Of a stretch of 64,000 nucleotides of DNA, positions 12,079 through 22,000 are shown in pieces. A model generated the notes under the pieces. It made no database searches, was not told the DNA's origin, and worked only from the letters and a program-made list of their open reading frames with translations. The position numbers were made by a program, and so were the translations under genes. Source of the stretch: Candidatus Cloacimonadota bacterium (GTDB lineage: Bacteria; Cloacimonadota; Cloacimonadia; Cloacimonadales; JAIOQZ01); NCBI GenBank assembly GCA_021108395.1, contig JAIOQZ010000032.1:4575-68574 (forward strand), read 5' to 3'. The first letter of the stretch is position 1; each line of letters begins with the position of its first letter.

Positions 12079-14325
12079 TTAAACATCCAGAATATTCTGC
12101 AGTCTCTGCTGGATGTTGGCCAGCCATTCCTGCTGATCACGGCTTCTGTCGATTTCTTTGGCGAGGCTTTCCTGATCTTTGGTGAAGCGCCGCATTTGAG
12201 TGATTTTATCGAGCAGCAGGCTACGGAATTGCTCCTGCTTGGCCATGAACTCTTCCTTCAGCGCTTCAATAGCGGATTCCAACCGCTTTTCGGTTATCTC
12301 GATGTTCTTGTAGAAATTCTGTTTCACCGGCGAGGTGAAGTTGTCGATGAGAAGATTCACATCGATGCGCCTTACTTCCTTGTGTCCCACTACCTCTTCC
12401 CGATAGGCTCCATCGAGCACGATCTTGGGGTTGAGCAGCGAACGCCGGATGTATGCGTACTGCGTTTCCTTGAATCGTCGGGTGGAATCGGTGACCAGGT
12501 TCGCCGCCTCGGGCAGATTGATGGTGAAGCTCTTGAGCAGGTCGGCTTGCAAATCCACATCGAGATGCGTGTTGGTGTCGAAGAGCTCGCGTAGATAGGC
12601 AGCGTAGCCTCGCAACAGATCCTGGGCTTCGCCCAGTACGCCATGCACGAAGGCCGTCTCGAGCTCCAGTTTAATCTCGCTCTCAAAGTAGGAGATGCGC
12701 CTGCGGGCGTCTTCGATGATGCTGCGCGCTTCCTCGAACGAAATCTCGTTGTGGCCCAGGAACATATCTATTATCGAGCTGATGAGCTTGGGTATGCGGC
12801 GGCGCAGCTCCTTTAGCGTACTGCGGTCGATCTGCAGCGAATTGATCGCCTCCTCGAATCGCGCCGCGTCTTTGCCGCGCTCCAGAATGCTCTCGATGTC
12901 GGTGATGGCTTGGTCGAGTTCCTCGCGTTCCTTTTGGTTCGCATGCAGCCGAGATTGCAGCTTGCCCTCGATTTCCTTGTCATCGAGGATGCGACGAAAC
13001 GTTTGCATGGCCGCGTAAAACTTGGCCGGCACGGCATACTTGTGCAGGTATTCGTTGATGGCCACCTCGATACTGGGCAGTCCCGAGTGGAAAAGCAGCT
13101 TGGCGTCGGGGTCGTCACCAGCGCCCTCGAACAGGATGTCCAGTTCTTCCTGGGCGGTGCGAGACAGCGGAGCATATTGCATGAAGTTCATCTGCGGGTA
13201 CTTGCCGATGACCTTCTGGAACTTGAGCATCTCGAACTCCTCCATACCGATGTCCATGCCCTTTTGCTGCATTCTGGCGAGCTTGGCGATGAGCGCCGAC
13301 AGCGGGAACACGTTGGGGTTTCTGATGCCCTTCTCTTCGAGGTACAGGCGTGTTTGCTCGAGAATGTAGGGGATGTCTTCCTTGGCGGGATTGAAGTTGT
13401 CGAGGCGGTTGACCGCGAAGAGGATGCGGTCGGAGAGCTGCTTGTCTTTGCCTTTCATGCTCTGGGCGACTGTGTCCAGCAGCATCGAGTCGTCGTTGAT
13501 GCCGAACTGCGTGCCGTTGATGATATATAGCACCATCGGCTTCATTTCACTCTTGATGAAACGGATGGTGTCTTCGCGGTGAAGCTTGTTCAAAGCGTTG
13601 TTGGGGCCGGGGGTATCCACCAGAACCAGCCGCATATACTCGCTGCTGATGTTGTGGATGTCGCCCTCGATTTCGATGGTCGAGACATCCTCGCGGGCGT
13701 TGTAGTCGGCGATTTCATCGGGGCCGACATGCGCCCAGTCTTCGATCACGTTTTCGTTCGTGTCAAGGGCGCGGGCGCGATATTCGCCCGCCTCGATATC
13801 GCAGTCGCGGATGCGGCTGATGGTGGCGGTGCAGGCCATGTTTTTCACAGGCATCATCTCGAGACCGAGCATGGCGTTGATGAGGGTGGACTTACCAGAA
13901 CTCATCGTTGCCAGCACGGCAATCTCGAATTCGGAGTTGAGCGCCTTTTCGAATGCCTCGCGCATCTCGCGTCCCCGAAGCTCCGGGAACGGCCCCTGCT
14001 GAAGGTCGGAAAACAGGTTTCGCAGTTCATTCTCCTGAGTTTCCACTTCCCGCCCTTCGTAGAAAACCAGCTCCACATGGCACTTGTGACGAGCCTTGTA
14101 CAGCTCCACCTGCTCGGCCAGGTCTTCCATGTCGAGGCGGCGACCGTGGAATTCGAGACGGAAATCATTGGCGCCAGTCACCTCGGCGAGAGCCGGCAGG
14201 AGGTCTGCCACAAACGCTTGCAGGCGTTGATTGGCGAGGGCTTCGGGCAGCTCGGTCGGAGTTCCGTTGATCTTGACAAACGTCTCGATTGTGAAAGGGT
14301 TGTGCTTCATGTACACTGTGTTCAT
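12079..14325 (-). CDS. Bacterial dynamin-like GTPase (Dynamin_N family)
   Basis: G1 ATMSSGKST, G2 ACTA, G3 DTPG, G4 NRLD, followed by a long helical/coiled-coil stalk; GGAGGAG RBS. Confidence 0.9.
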   Translation of the reverse strand: MNTVYMKHNPFTIETFVKINGTPTELPEALANQRLQAFVADLLPALAEVTGANDFRLEFHGRRLDMEDLAEQVELYKARHKCHVELVFYEGREVETQENELRNLFSDLQQGPFPELRGREMREAFEKALNSEFEIAVLATMSSGKSTLINAMLGLEMMPVKNMACTATISRIRDCDIEAGEYRARALDTNENVIEDWAHVGPDEIADYNAREDVSTIEIEGDIHNISSEYMRLVLVDTPGPNNALNKLHREDTIRFIKSEMKPMVLYIINGTQFGINDDSMLLDTVAQSMKGKDKQLSDRILFAVNRLDNFNPAKEDIPYILEQTRLYLEEKGIRNPNVFPLSALIAKLARMQQKGMDIGMEEFEMLKFQKVIGKYPQMNFMQYAPLSRTAQEELDILFEGAGDDPDAKLLFHSGLPSIEVAINEYLHKYAVPAKFYAAMQTFRRILDDKEIEGKLQSRLHANQKEREELDQAITDIESILERGKDAARFEEAINSLQIDRSTLKELRRRIPKLISSIIDMFLGHNEISFEEARSIIEDARRRISYFESEIKLELETAFVHGVLGEAQDLLRGYAAYLRELFDTNTHLDVDLQADLLKSFTINLPEAANLVTDSTRRFKETQYAYIRRSLLNPKIVLDGAYREEVVGHKEVRRIDVNLLIDNFTSPVKQNFYKNIEITEKRLESAIEALKEEFMAKQEQFRSLLLDKITQMRRFTKDQESLAKEIDRSRDQQEWLANIQQRLQNILDV

Positions 14326-14355
14326 GCGTGTCTCCTCCCTCGGCTGACGCCGGGA

Positions 14356-14685
14356 CTAAACTTCAAACGGGCCAAAGTCTCGGGTGAATGGGTATATCGA
14401 GACCCGCTTGCCCTGCAGGAAGTCGGCTTTCTTGAAAAGCTTGCTCTTGAAGATTACCTGATCGTTGCGGTGCAAAACGAAGTAGATGTTGGGGCGCAGG
14501 CGTTGCAGCGTCTCCAGGTTCGATACAATCGCCACCTGGCCTTCCTCGCCCAGCTCCTCGGTATTGATCAGGCTGCTCTGAAATCCGGTTTTATGGAACA
14601 CCTCGACCCAGAAGGTCGGGCCAACCAGAGGCTTCCCGGTGTTCTTGTCCACGAACGTGGCCTGGATGATGATTTCCTGTTCCAT
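14356..14685 (-). CDS. Hypothetical protein, possible transthyretin/carboxypeptidase-regulatory-like beta-sandwich
   Basis: 109 aa with GGAGG RBS; pattern VDKNTGKPL...G.V.I...PNIYFVL. First gene of the dynamin operon. Confidence 0.65.
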   Translation of the reverse strand: MEQEIIIQATFVDKNTGKPLVGPTFWVEVFHKTGFQSSLINTEELGEEGQVAIVSNLETLQRLRPNIYFVLHRNDQVIFKSKLFKKADFLQGKRVSIYPFTRDFGPFEV

Positions 14686-14719
14686 GGGGTTCCTCCACAG
14701 TCGAGTTTACATAAGTATA

Positions 14720-14736
14720 TACAAGAGTTGTGCCAA
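14720..14736 (-). promoter_or_regulatory. Putative sigma54 promoter of the dynamin operon
   Basis: Minus strand TTGGCACAACTCTTGTA: perfect -24 TTGGCAC, -12 TTGT; 35 nt before the ATG. Confidence 0.55.
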
Positions 14737-14912
14737 TCGATGCCTGGCGGCCTAAGCGCTGCTCATACAACAATATGGCTCACAGAGTCCTGGGCGCGGC
14801 GATTGAAACTGAACCTTCGTTTGCGAAGGTGTCTGCGATTCCGAAGATTGTGTCGGCAGACGCTGCACAGAAATGTTGACAGCTTTTCCGGCTCACGCTT
14901 GTGTGGCATTGT

Positions 14913-14989
14913 GCCCCCGTAGCTCAGCTGGATAGAGCGCTACCCTCCGGAGGTAGAAGTCACGTGTTCGAATCGCGTCGGGGGTGCCA
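14913..14989 (+). tRNA. tRNA-Arg(CCG)
   Basis: Acceptor stem GCCCCCG/CGGGGGT, D-arm AGCTCAGCTGGATAGAGC, anticodon arm CTACC-CTCCGGA-GGTAG, TTCGAAT T-loop, encoded CCA. Confidence 0.97.
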
Positions 14990-15050
14990 TTATTCGATGA
15001 TATGCCGCAAAGCGGCAATATTAACGACAGTTAAGAAATAGGCTTCACAG

Positions 15051-15087
15051 AGCCACCCTGACTGCCCGTCGGGGTGGCTATTTTTTT
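15051..15087 (+). terminator. Rho-independent terminator after the tRNA
   Basis: AGCCACCCTGAC-tgccc-GTCGGGGTGGCT followed by ATTTTTTT. Confidence 0.85.
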
Positions 15088-15113
15088 GCACCCACTGTCA
15101 TTATGGAGGTGAT

Positions 15114-16007
15114 ATGACTCGAATGCTGTTGATTCTACTCGCCGCTATCCTCGTACTGTCTGCTTGCTCCAGCAGGGACGACCGACTGGCGCTGGGCATT
15201 ATCCGGCCATCGTTGAACCACCTGCCGGTGCAGGTGGCGCTACGGCAGAGTTTTCTGAGCGCGGATGACGTCGATATTCGTCCGCTGGCCACCGGCTGGG
15301 AGACAGGCGAAGCGCTGGCCGCCGGGCGGCTCGACATGGCGGTGATGCCGTTCACATACGCCTGGCGCAGCGCGGCAGCGGGCATGGACGTGCGCATCGT
15401 GTCGTTCCTCGAACGCGAGAGCAACGGCCTGCTGGCGCGCCCCGGCCTCGACAGCCTGCCTGCGCTGGACGGCGCCCGCGTGGGTGTGCTGCGAGCTTCC
15501 ACCCTCGAACTGCTGGCCGCCATGGCCGCCACCGACCTCGGCCTGCGCCTTGAACCAGTGCCTCTGCGCTCTCCTGGCGAGATGTTAGTGGCCCTGCGTA
15601 GTGGCGAGGTGGATGCAGTCAGCTATTATGTACCGCCCATTCTGGTTGAAGGCCGCGAACCGCTGCTGTGGTACGGCAGCCTTTACCCGATGCATCCCTG
15701 CTGCGACATCGCCGCGCATACCGTTGCGCTCGATGAGAAACGGGCGCAGGTCGAGCGGGTGCTGGACGCCATCGAGCAGGCGGTGGACTGGATGAGCGAG
15801 CATCCCGCCGAGACAGCCGCCATCGCTGCCGAGGTGTATGGCCTTGAACCGCAAATGGCCGCCGAAGCCCTGCGTCACGTTCACTACCGCACGGGGTTGG
15901 ATGCCGCCGGCATGACATTCGAGCGGCGGGCGGTGGAGATGCTGCTGGCGCAGGATGAAATCGAACGTATCGACGGCTTCGAGATATATCATGCGCCTGG
16001 GCGGTAG
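15114..16007 (+). CDS. ABC transporter substrate-binding lipoprotein, NitT/TauT/SsuA family
   Basis: Lipobox LSAC, ALAAGRLD, HPCC motif; GGAGG RBS. Confidence 0.85.
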   Translation: MTRMLLILLAAILVLSACSSRDDRLALGIIRPSLNHLPVQVALRQSFLSADDVDIRPLATGWETGEALAAGRLDMAVMPFTYAWRSAAAGMDVRIVSFLERESNGLLARPGLDSLPALDGARVGVLRASTLELLAAMAATDLGLRLEPVPLRSPGEMLVALRSGEVDAVSYYVPPILVEGREPLLWYGSLYPMHPCCDIAAHTVALDEKRAQVERVLDAIEQAVDWMSEHPAETAAIAAEVYGLEPQMAAEALRHVHYRTGLDAAGMTFERRAVEMLLAQDEIERIDGFEIYHAPGR

Positions 16008-16707
16008 CCTCGCGGGTTTCATCGCGTTGCCGCCGCTGGCGCTGCTGCTGGCGGTCAGCCTCGATGTGCCGCTGGTCAATGTATGGTCGGCGCTGCTGAG
16101 GCTGCCGGCGCTACTGCCGGACTTTTTCGCCACCCTTGCCCGAGTGACGCTTGTGGCGCTGGGGGCGTGGCTGGCGGCGATGGCGTTTGCTCGCCTGCTG
16201 TCGCTGGCGCCGGTCGCCTGGTCATTGACGCAGCCGCTGGTGCAGTTCGCGCGGCATGTGTCGCCCTTCGCCTGGTTTCCGTTCGCCATAATCTGGTTCG
16301 GACTGGGTGAAGCGCCGGCGGTGTTCGTGCTGTTCGTCGCTCTGTTCTTTCCGGCATTGGTGGCGGCGCGTACCACGCTCGAGGGGCTGCCGGTCGTGTA
16401 CATCGAGGAGGCGCGGGTGTCTGGAGCCACCGAGTGGCAGATTGCGTTGCGCGTGGAGCTGCCGCTGCTGGCCGGGCCGCTGTTGGGATTGCTGCGAGTA
16501 TTGTGGGGTCTTGGCTGGACGGCCGGCATTGCCGTGGAGATGCTGGGTGTGCGCAACGGGATGGGCTTTCGCCTGCTCGACTTCCGCTACCTGCAACAGC
16601 ATGACAACATGATTGCCACCCTGCTGGTGATGGGCTTCGCCGGACTTCTCGTTGACCTGCTGTTGCGAATGTTAGAAGAACGCTTCGCCGCTACGGCTAC
16701 TCAGTAG
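15991..16707 (+). CDS. ABC transporter permease, NitT/TauT (SsuC-like)
   Basis: SPFAWFPFAIIWFGLGE, EAARVSGA-type loop (EEARVSGA), GMGF; multiple TM helices. Confidence 0.88.
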   Translation: MRLGGSLAGFIALPPLALLLAVSLDVPLVNVWSALLRLPALLPDFFATLARVTLVALGAWLAAMAFARLLSLAPVAWSLTQPLVQFARHVSPFAWFPFAIIWFGLGEAPAVFVLFVALFFPALVAARTTLEGLPVVYIEEARVSGATEWQIALRVELPLLAGPLLGLLRVLWGLGWTAGIAVEMLGVRNGMGFRLLDFRYLQQHDNMIATLLVMGFAGLLVDLLLRMLEERFAATATQ

Positions 16708-18319
16708 CGTTTAGCTGCGGCAGCCAGACACGCAAGCGGGTGCCCTTGCCCGGTTCGCTGTCAATATCGAAGCATCCTCCGTGCCGCTCGATGATGCCAT
16801 ACACCGTTGACAGACCAAGGCCTGTGCCTTTGCCTTCTTCTTTGGTGGTGAAGAACGGCTCGAACACTCTCTTACGTGTTTCTTCATTCATGCCTTCGCC
16901 ATCATCCTCCACCTCGATCCAGAAATGGCAACCCCCATCCAGCGATTTTCCTAACGGACACTTGCCCTGTACGAGCACGGCGCTGCCAGTGCGTACATAG
17001 ATGTTACCCTTTCCATGAATGGCGTCACAGGCATTGATGATCAGGTTCATCAGAATCTGGCGCATCTGGCCGGGATCGGCGCTCACCATGATGGGTTCTG
17101 GCCACAGCTCGATGTGCGGCGTTATCTGCTTGTCCAGCAGACTTCGCAGCATCGCCTCAATGTCGGAGACCACATCATTGAGGTCGATAATGTCGTGTTC
17201 CAACTTCTGCTTGCGGCTGAAGAGCAGGAGCTGGTGAGTCAAACTGACAGCGTGGTCCACAGCCTTTTCGATCGCGGAAAGAAGGTGAGCCTGGTTCTCG
17301 CAGTCGGATGATAGTTGCATCAGGCCTACCGACCCGCTGATGATTGTCAGGATGTTGTTGAAATCATGGGCGACCCCGCTGGCCAGGCTGCCCAGCGCTT
17401 CCATCTTCTGCGATTGGATGAACTGCTCCTGTAGTTTGAGTTGCTCGGTGATGTCGGTCATTACGCCGAAGGCGCCGATGTAGATGTCATCATCATCGAG
17501 GCGGGGATAGGCAGATACGCTCAGGTATTTCGTGTTTCCCGCCGGGGTGGTTATGCGTAGCTGGTATGTCGAAGTTTCGTTCTTGCAGCGAATGAGCGTT
17601 TCTTGCTGCACCCTGCAAAATTCTTTCTCATCGAGAAACTGTGACAAGTTACATCCCGTCAGCTTGTCTTTCTCAGTCTCAAAGATACGGCTCATGGCCG
17701 GATTGACATATATCAATGTTTCATTTGTATCAACTATGCCGATGCCCTCGTGAATGCGATTAAAAACATAATCGAGCAATTCGCGCTGCTCTGAAATCGC
17801 GGATACCAGATCCGTCTGCATAGTGCGGTTTTCCTGCTCTGCCAGCCACTTCGTGCTCAACGCCAGGGCAAATTGGCGAATCTCCTGAGGATGAAACGGC
17901 TTGAGAACGAACAGCAGCCGGTCGCTGGGCGGAATGCGCCGGACCATGTCGTTTGTGTCCGTGTCGGAATGGGCGGTACCGATGATGATATGCAAGTACG
18001 GATCGATGACCCTGATCTGTTCTGCCGCCCAGATACCGTCGGGCCCAGGCGGCATCCTCACATCGATGATGGCCAGGGTGAACGGCCGCCCTTCGAGCGC
18101 GGCCTGCTCCACTTGCGTTATCCCGCTGGAGGCGTCGTGCGCCTCAACTACCTCGTACACGAACTCAGGCTCGGTTTGGGCGTCTGAGTCGCTGAACAAA
18201 CGGCTCTTTGTGTCTTGCGCGTTATGCTTACGGATTGTTGTCGTCAACGCTCGGCTGACCACTGTGCATACTATGGGATCGTCATCGATGACGAGGATTC
18301 GGATGGTTTTGTCACCCAT
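16697..18319 (-). CDS. Hybrid histidine kinase REC-PAS-HisKA-HATPase
   Basis: IIDVRMPPGPDG receiver, PAS, QSQKMEALGSLASGVAHDFNN, FEPFFTTKEEGKGTGLGL. Confidence 0.92.
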   Translation of the reverse strand: MGDKTIRILVIDDDPIVCTVVSRALTTTIRKHNAQDTKSRLFSDSDAQTEPEFVYEVVEAHDASSGITQVEQAALEGRPFTLAIIDVRMPPGPDGIWAAEQIRVIDPYLHIIIGTAHSDTDTNDMVRRIPPSDRLLFVLKPFHPQEIRQFALALSTKWLAEQENRTMQTDLVSAISEQRELLDYVFNRIHEGIGIVDTNETLIYVNPAMSRIFETEKDKLTGCNLSQFLDEKEFCRVQQETLIRCKNETSTYQLRITTPAGNTKYLSVSAYPRLDDDDIYIGAFGVMTDITEQLKLQEQFIQSQKMEALGSLASGVAHDFNNILTIISGSVGLMQLSSDCENQAHLLSAIEKAVDHAVSLTHQLLLFSRKQKLEHDIIDLNDVVSDIEAMLRSLLDKQITPHIELWPEPIMVSADPGQMRQILMNLIINACDAIHGKGNIYVRTGSAVLVQGKCPLGKSLDGGCHFWIEVEDDGEGMNEETRKRVFEPFFTTKEEGKGTGLGLSTVYGIIERHGGCFDIDSEPGKGTRLRVWLPQLNATE

Positions 18320-18590
18320 TATACCGTCCTACTTCAGTTTGAATCAGAATCAATATTAGAGCCATCGAACTGTGCTCGCGCTCCATCTTCCGATAGTATT
18401 TCTATTCTTCAGAAGATTGGTGACAAAAAGATAATCCGAAAAACCAGATAGGCAATCCCGGAAATTGCGGCTCACGGCGAGACGCGATGAAGGTGATATC
18501 GGACTGAAGTGAGTGGTGGCTGGCAGAATTCGCTTGTGCATCATACGCCTGACAACATGATTGACGCCATCAGCTTTCGCAGGAGAGACA

Positions 18591-18842
18591 ATGCGACCCA
18601 TCGAGCGCAAGATATTCAACAAGATAGGCGAGAAAGGGATTACGTTAGACGGTGTCGAGGAGATTCTCGACCGTATCGACCGCACCGAGAAGAAAAAGAG
18701 CTTTCCCGACGAGAGCCACTTCCAGAGCGACCGCTACTTTGCGAAAATCATCATCGACAGCCTGCTACGGCGCAAACTTATTCGCCGCGAGGGCAGCCGC
18801 TTCATCCGCCCCGACAAAGAGAAGAAAGACACTGATGAATGA
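18591..18842 (+). CDS. Small basic hypothetical protein (83 aa), possibly winged-helix
   Basis: AGGAGA RBS before ATG 18591; helical pattern ending IIDSLLRRKLIRREGSRF. Confidence 0.6.
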   Translation: MRPIERKIFNKIGEKGITLDGVEEILDRIDRTEKKKSFPDESHFQSDRYFAKIIIDSLLRRKLIRREGSRFIRPDKEKKDTDE

Positions 18843-19025
18843 CAGGGGTTCCACCCCTGAACCCCGCCAAACTTTTTTAAAAAGTTTGGATCAAAAACTC
18901 TTGCGGAAACTTCGTTTCCTATGTACAAAAAATATTTTAATGACACAAGGATGCGTAGCATCCGTAAACGTTTTCGGTTTCGCCTTTTACAAAAGGCGAA
19001 CGGGGTGTCAGGGGCAGCGCCCCTG
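18843..19025. repeat. Modular hairpin repeat family, full copy B (two inverted half-units)
   Basis: Six hairpins with ends caggggttccacccctg and caggggcagcgcccctg; colinear with the reverse complement of 63165-63413; lies between convergent genes. Confidence 0.85.
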
Positions 19026-19043
19026 CTCTTAGCGCCCCTGTTC

Positions 19044-22000
19044 TTATTTAAGCAGCGCCATTCGCCGCGTGAGACTACGCCCGTCTGTCTGGAGTCTCAG
19101 CAGGTAGATTCCGCTGGCCATGCCGGTGGCGTCCCATGTCAACGTGTGCTCGCCGACATCGAAGCGTTCATCGGCGAGAACGGTCACACGGCGACCACGC
19201 ACGTCAAACACTTCCAGCCGCGCCGTGCCTGCCTGCGCCAGACTGAACTGCACAGTCGTGCTGGGATTGAACGGGTTGGGCGTGTTGGGCAGCAGCGCCG
19301 TGACGGGCGCAGGCGGCGTCTCGTCGGCGGACAGCGGGTCGAGCACGTTCGAGATGGCCGCCTCGGAGCTTTCGCCCCACCAGTAGTCGGCGGTGACGGC
19401 AAACTGCGTCTGTTCGCTGAGTGTGATGTCGAGTATGGCGTAAGCGGCCGTTACTGCGGTAAACAATTCCGTCCACAGTTCCGGGTCGCCGACATCGTCA
19501 GGGGCGAACATCCAGCCGGTGAATCCCTCCGGATCGATCTGTGCGTCTCCGGGCATCGTCCACTGTAGAATCACGTCGTCGCTGGTGGTGTAAGCGGCTG
19601 TGAGGGTGGTGGGAGCATAGGCGAACACGCCCAGAGTGAAATCGACAGTCGTCATCTCGCCGGCGGTTACTGATACTGCTCCGACAGTCTCTTCCAGCCA
19701 GCCATTCTTGTTGGCGCGCATGGTGTAGGTTCCCTGGGGCACGGCGCTGAACAGGTAGTCGCCGTCGGGGTCACTGGTGGCGGTGGCGCCCAGTTCGAGA
19801 ATCTCGATGAGCGCGCCGCTGTCGTCGGTCGTCTCGGCCAGATCAACCACGCCGGATATCTGCCCGGCGTCGGCCCAGCTGACGAGGTGAAGCTGGTCGG
19901 GGCTGGGGGTGCAGGCGAGAGCCTTGGGACCCTCGTCGCGCCACACGAACCAGGCCGCGCCCGGCGTCTCGACCTCGTCGGCGCCGTAGTGCAGGGAGTT
20001 TGCGCCCAGCACAATGGGATTGCCGGCGGCATCGTAGCGCAGCATATAGAGATAGCTCTCGTTGGCCGAGTAATCGTAAACGACGCTCTGCGCCCCGCTG
20101 GGAAGCGCGTACTCGATTACCTTTGCGTCGTTGCACACCACCACGCCGATGTCGCCGGTGACGGGGTTGGTGGCGCAGCGGAAAGGCTTGTCGCCGGGAT
20201 TGATCGTGCCGATTACCTGCGAGGCGGCGCCGTCGATCTCGCAAATGGTCGCCGTGTTGCCGAAGCAGTTTGTCACCAGGGCGTACTGGCCGTCTGGAGT
20301 GAACGCGGCCTTGAGCGGGAAGTCGCCGGTGGGCAGACTGGCCACCACCTGCATCGCGTTCGTGTCGATGACCTTGACCTGGTCGTCGAAGCTGGCGCAC
20401 ACCAGCAGGCAACTGCCATCTGGCGAAAGCTCGATGCCGCTGAACGTGCCGTAGCAGGTGTAGACGACGCCGATGACGCCGCAGGGGATTTGCGCCAACT
20501 CGCTGCTGGCCGCGCCGTTCATGTCGATCACCGAGATCGTGTTGCCCTGGATGTTGGCCACATAGGCGCGGCTGCCGTCTGCCGACATCGTCAAATTGAA
20601 CGGTCGCTGGCCCACGTCGATGGTGGCGGCGACGGAGTAGTCGGACAGGTCGATGATATAGACCAGGCCGTCGGAATATTCGGTCATATAGCTGAAGGCG
20701 GTGACGACTGCCCAGTCGCCGTCGGGGGTGACTGCCACGTCACGCGGCTCGACATCGAGCTGGACGACTTCTTCAACGTCGCCGGTGTTCATGTTCACCA
20801 CGCTCATGCTCGTGCCAATGGGACCGACCGCCAGGGCGTGGTTGCCGTCGGGCAGCAGAGCGAGGCGCAACGGCGTGTCGCCTTCGGGGACTTCACCGGC
20901 CAGGCTGCGGCCACAATAGGTAATGTCGCCGGTGTCGGTGAAGTCGAAGAAGGTGATGCCCTCGTAAACGCTGTGGTGGGCGACGATGCGGTTGTTCACC
21001 GGCGAGACCGCGCCGAAATCCTGCTGGATACCCCAACACTGTCCAATCACCGACTCGGTTTCCATGTCGATGAGAGAGAGGCGGTACTGGCCGCTGATGG
21101 CGATGGTGCGGTCGGCGTTCATGCCCAGCCAGAAGGCGGTGTATGTCTGGGAGAAGGTAGCGTAGTCCTGGGTGTCGAAGCGGGCGATGGCGCTCTGGTT
21201 GCCGCTGATGCCCACATAGGCTTTTGCCCCGTCCATAGTCACCCCGGCTTCGTAGTGACCGCTGATGGTTGCCCCGTCGAAGCTGACCGTGCCGGTGGCT
21301 GTCTGGCTCGCCAGGTCGATGCGATGGATGTGGGTGTTGCTCACAGCCACAAGCTGCGCGCCGTCGCCCGACAGATGCACCTTGCGGATGTCATCCAGCG
21401 CGACGGCGCCGGTCATCGTGCCGGTGGTGGTGTCCCAGAACTGCACCTGCGTGTCCCAATCGCCCACGGCCAGCGTGGTGTTGTCGGCCAGCGCCTCGAA
21501 GTTGGTGAACGAGTAGCCCGTGCGACCGGTGCCGAGGCTGCCCCAGAAGCCGTACAGCGCAATGTAGAAACCGTTGATGCTGGAGGTGTGAGTGAGCGTG
21601 GCGAGGTCGATGACTTCGAGCACGTCGTCGATGTCGCAGGCGACGTAGGCCCAGTTACCGTCGGGGCTCACCCGCACGACGACGGGTTGCTCGGCGGTAG
21701 CGAACGTGGCGGCCACCGAATAGTCGTCCAGGTCGATGACATAGACCTCGTCGGAGAAGGTGCAGGGCACGACGGCGTAGTCGTCGGTCACGGCGATGTC
21801 GCGGGGGAACTCGCCTACGGGGATGTTGGCCAGCGGTTGCATGGTTGACCAGTCGTACACCGTGACCATGTCGGAAAGCCTGCTGGTGAGCAGTACGCGG
21901 TCGCCGTCGGAGGTGAAGGCGACTCCGCCGGTGTAGTCGCCCTCCGGCGCTATGCCCGGGTCAATGAGTGCCAGCTCGTAGCGCAGTTGGGGCAGTTGGT

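Noticed and set aside
14913-14989. tRNA-Arg as the attachment site of an island carrying the dynamin operon
   Set aside because: No integrase and no duplicated tRNA 3' end seen; the operon lies 5' of the tRNA and looks host-like in composition.
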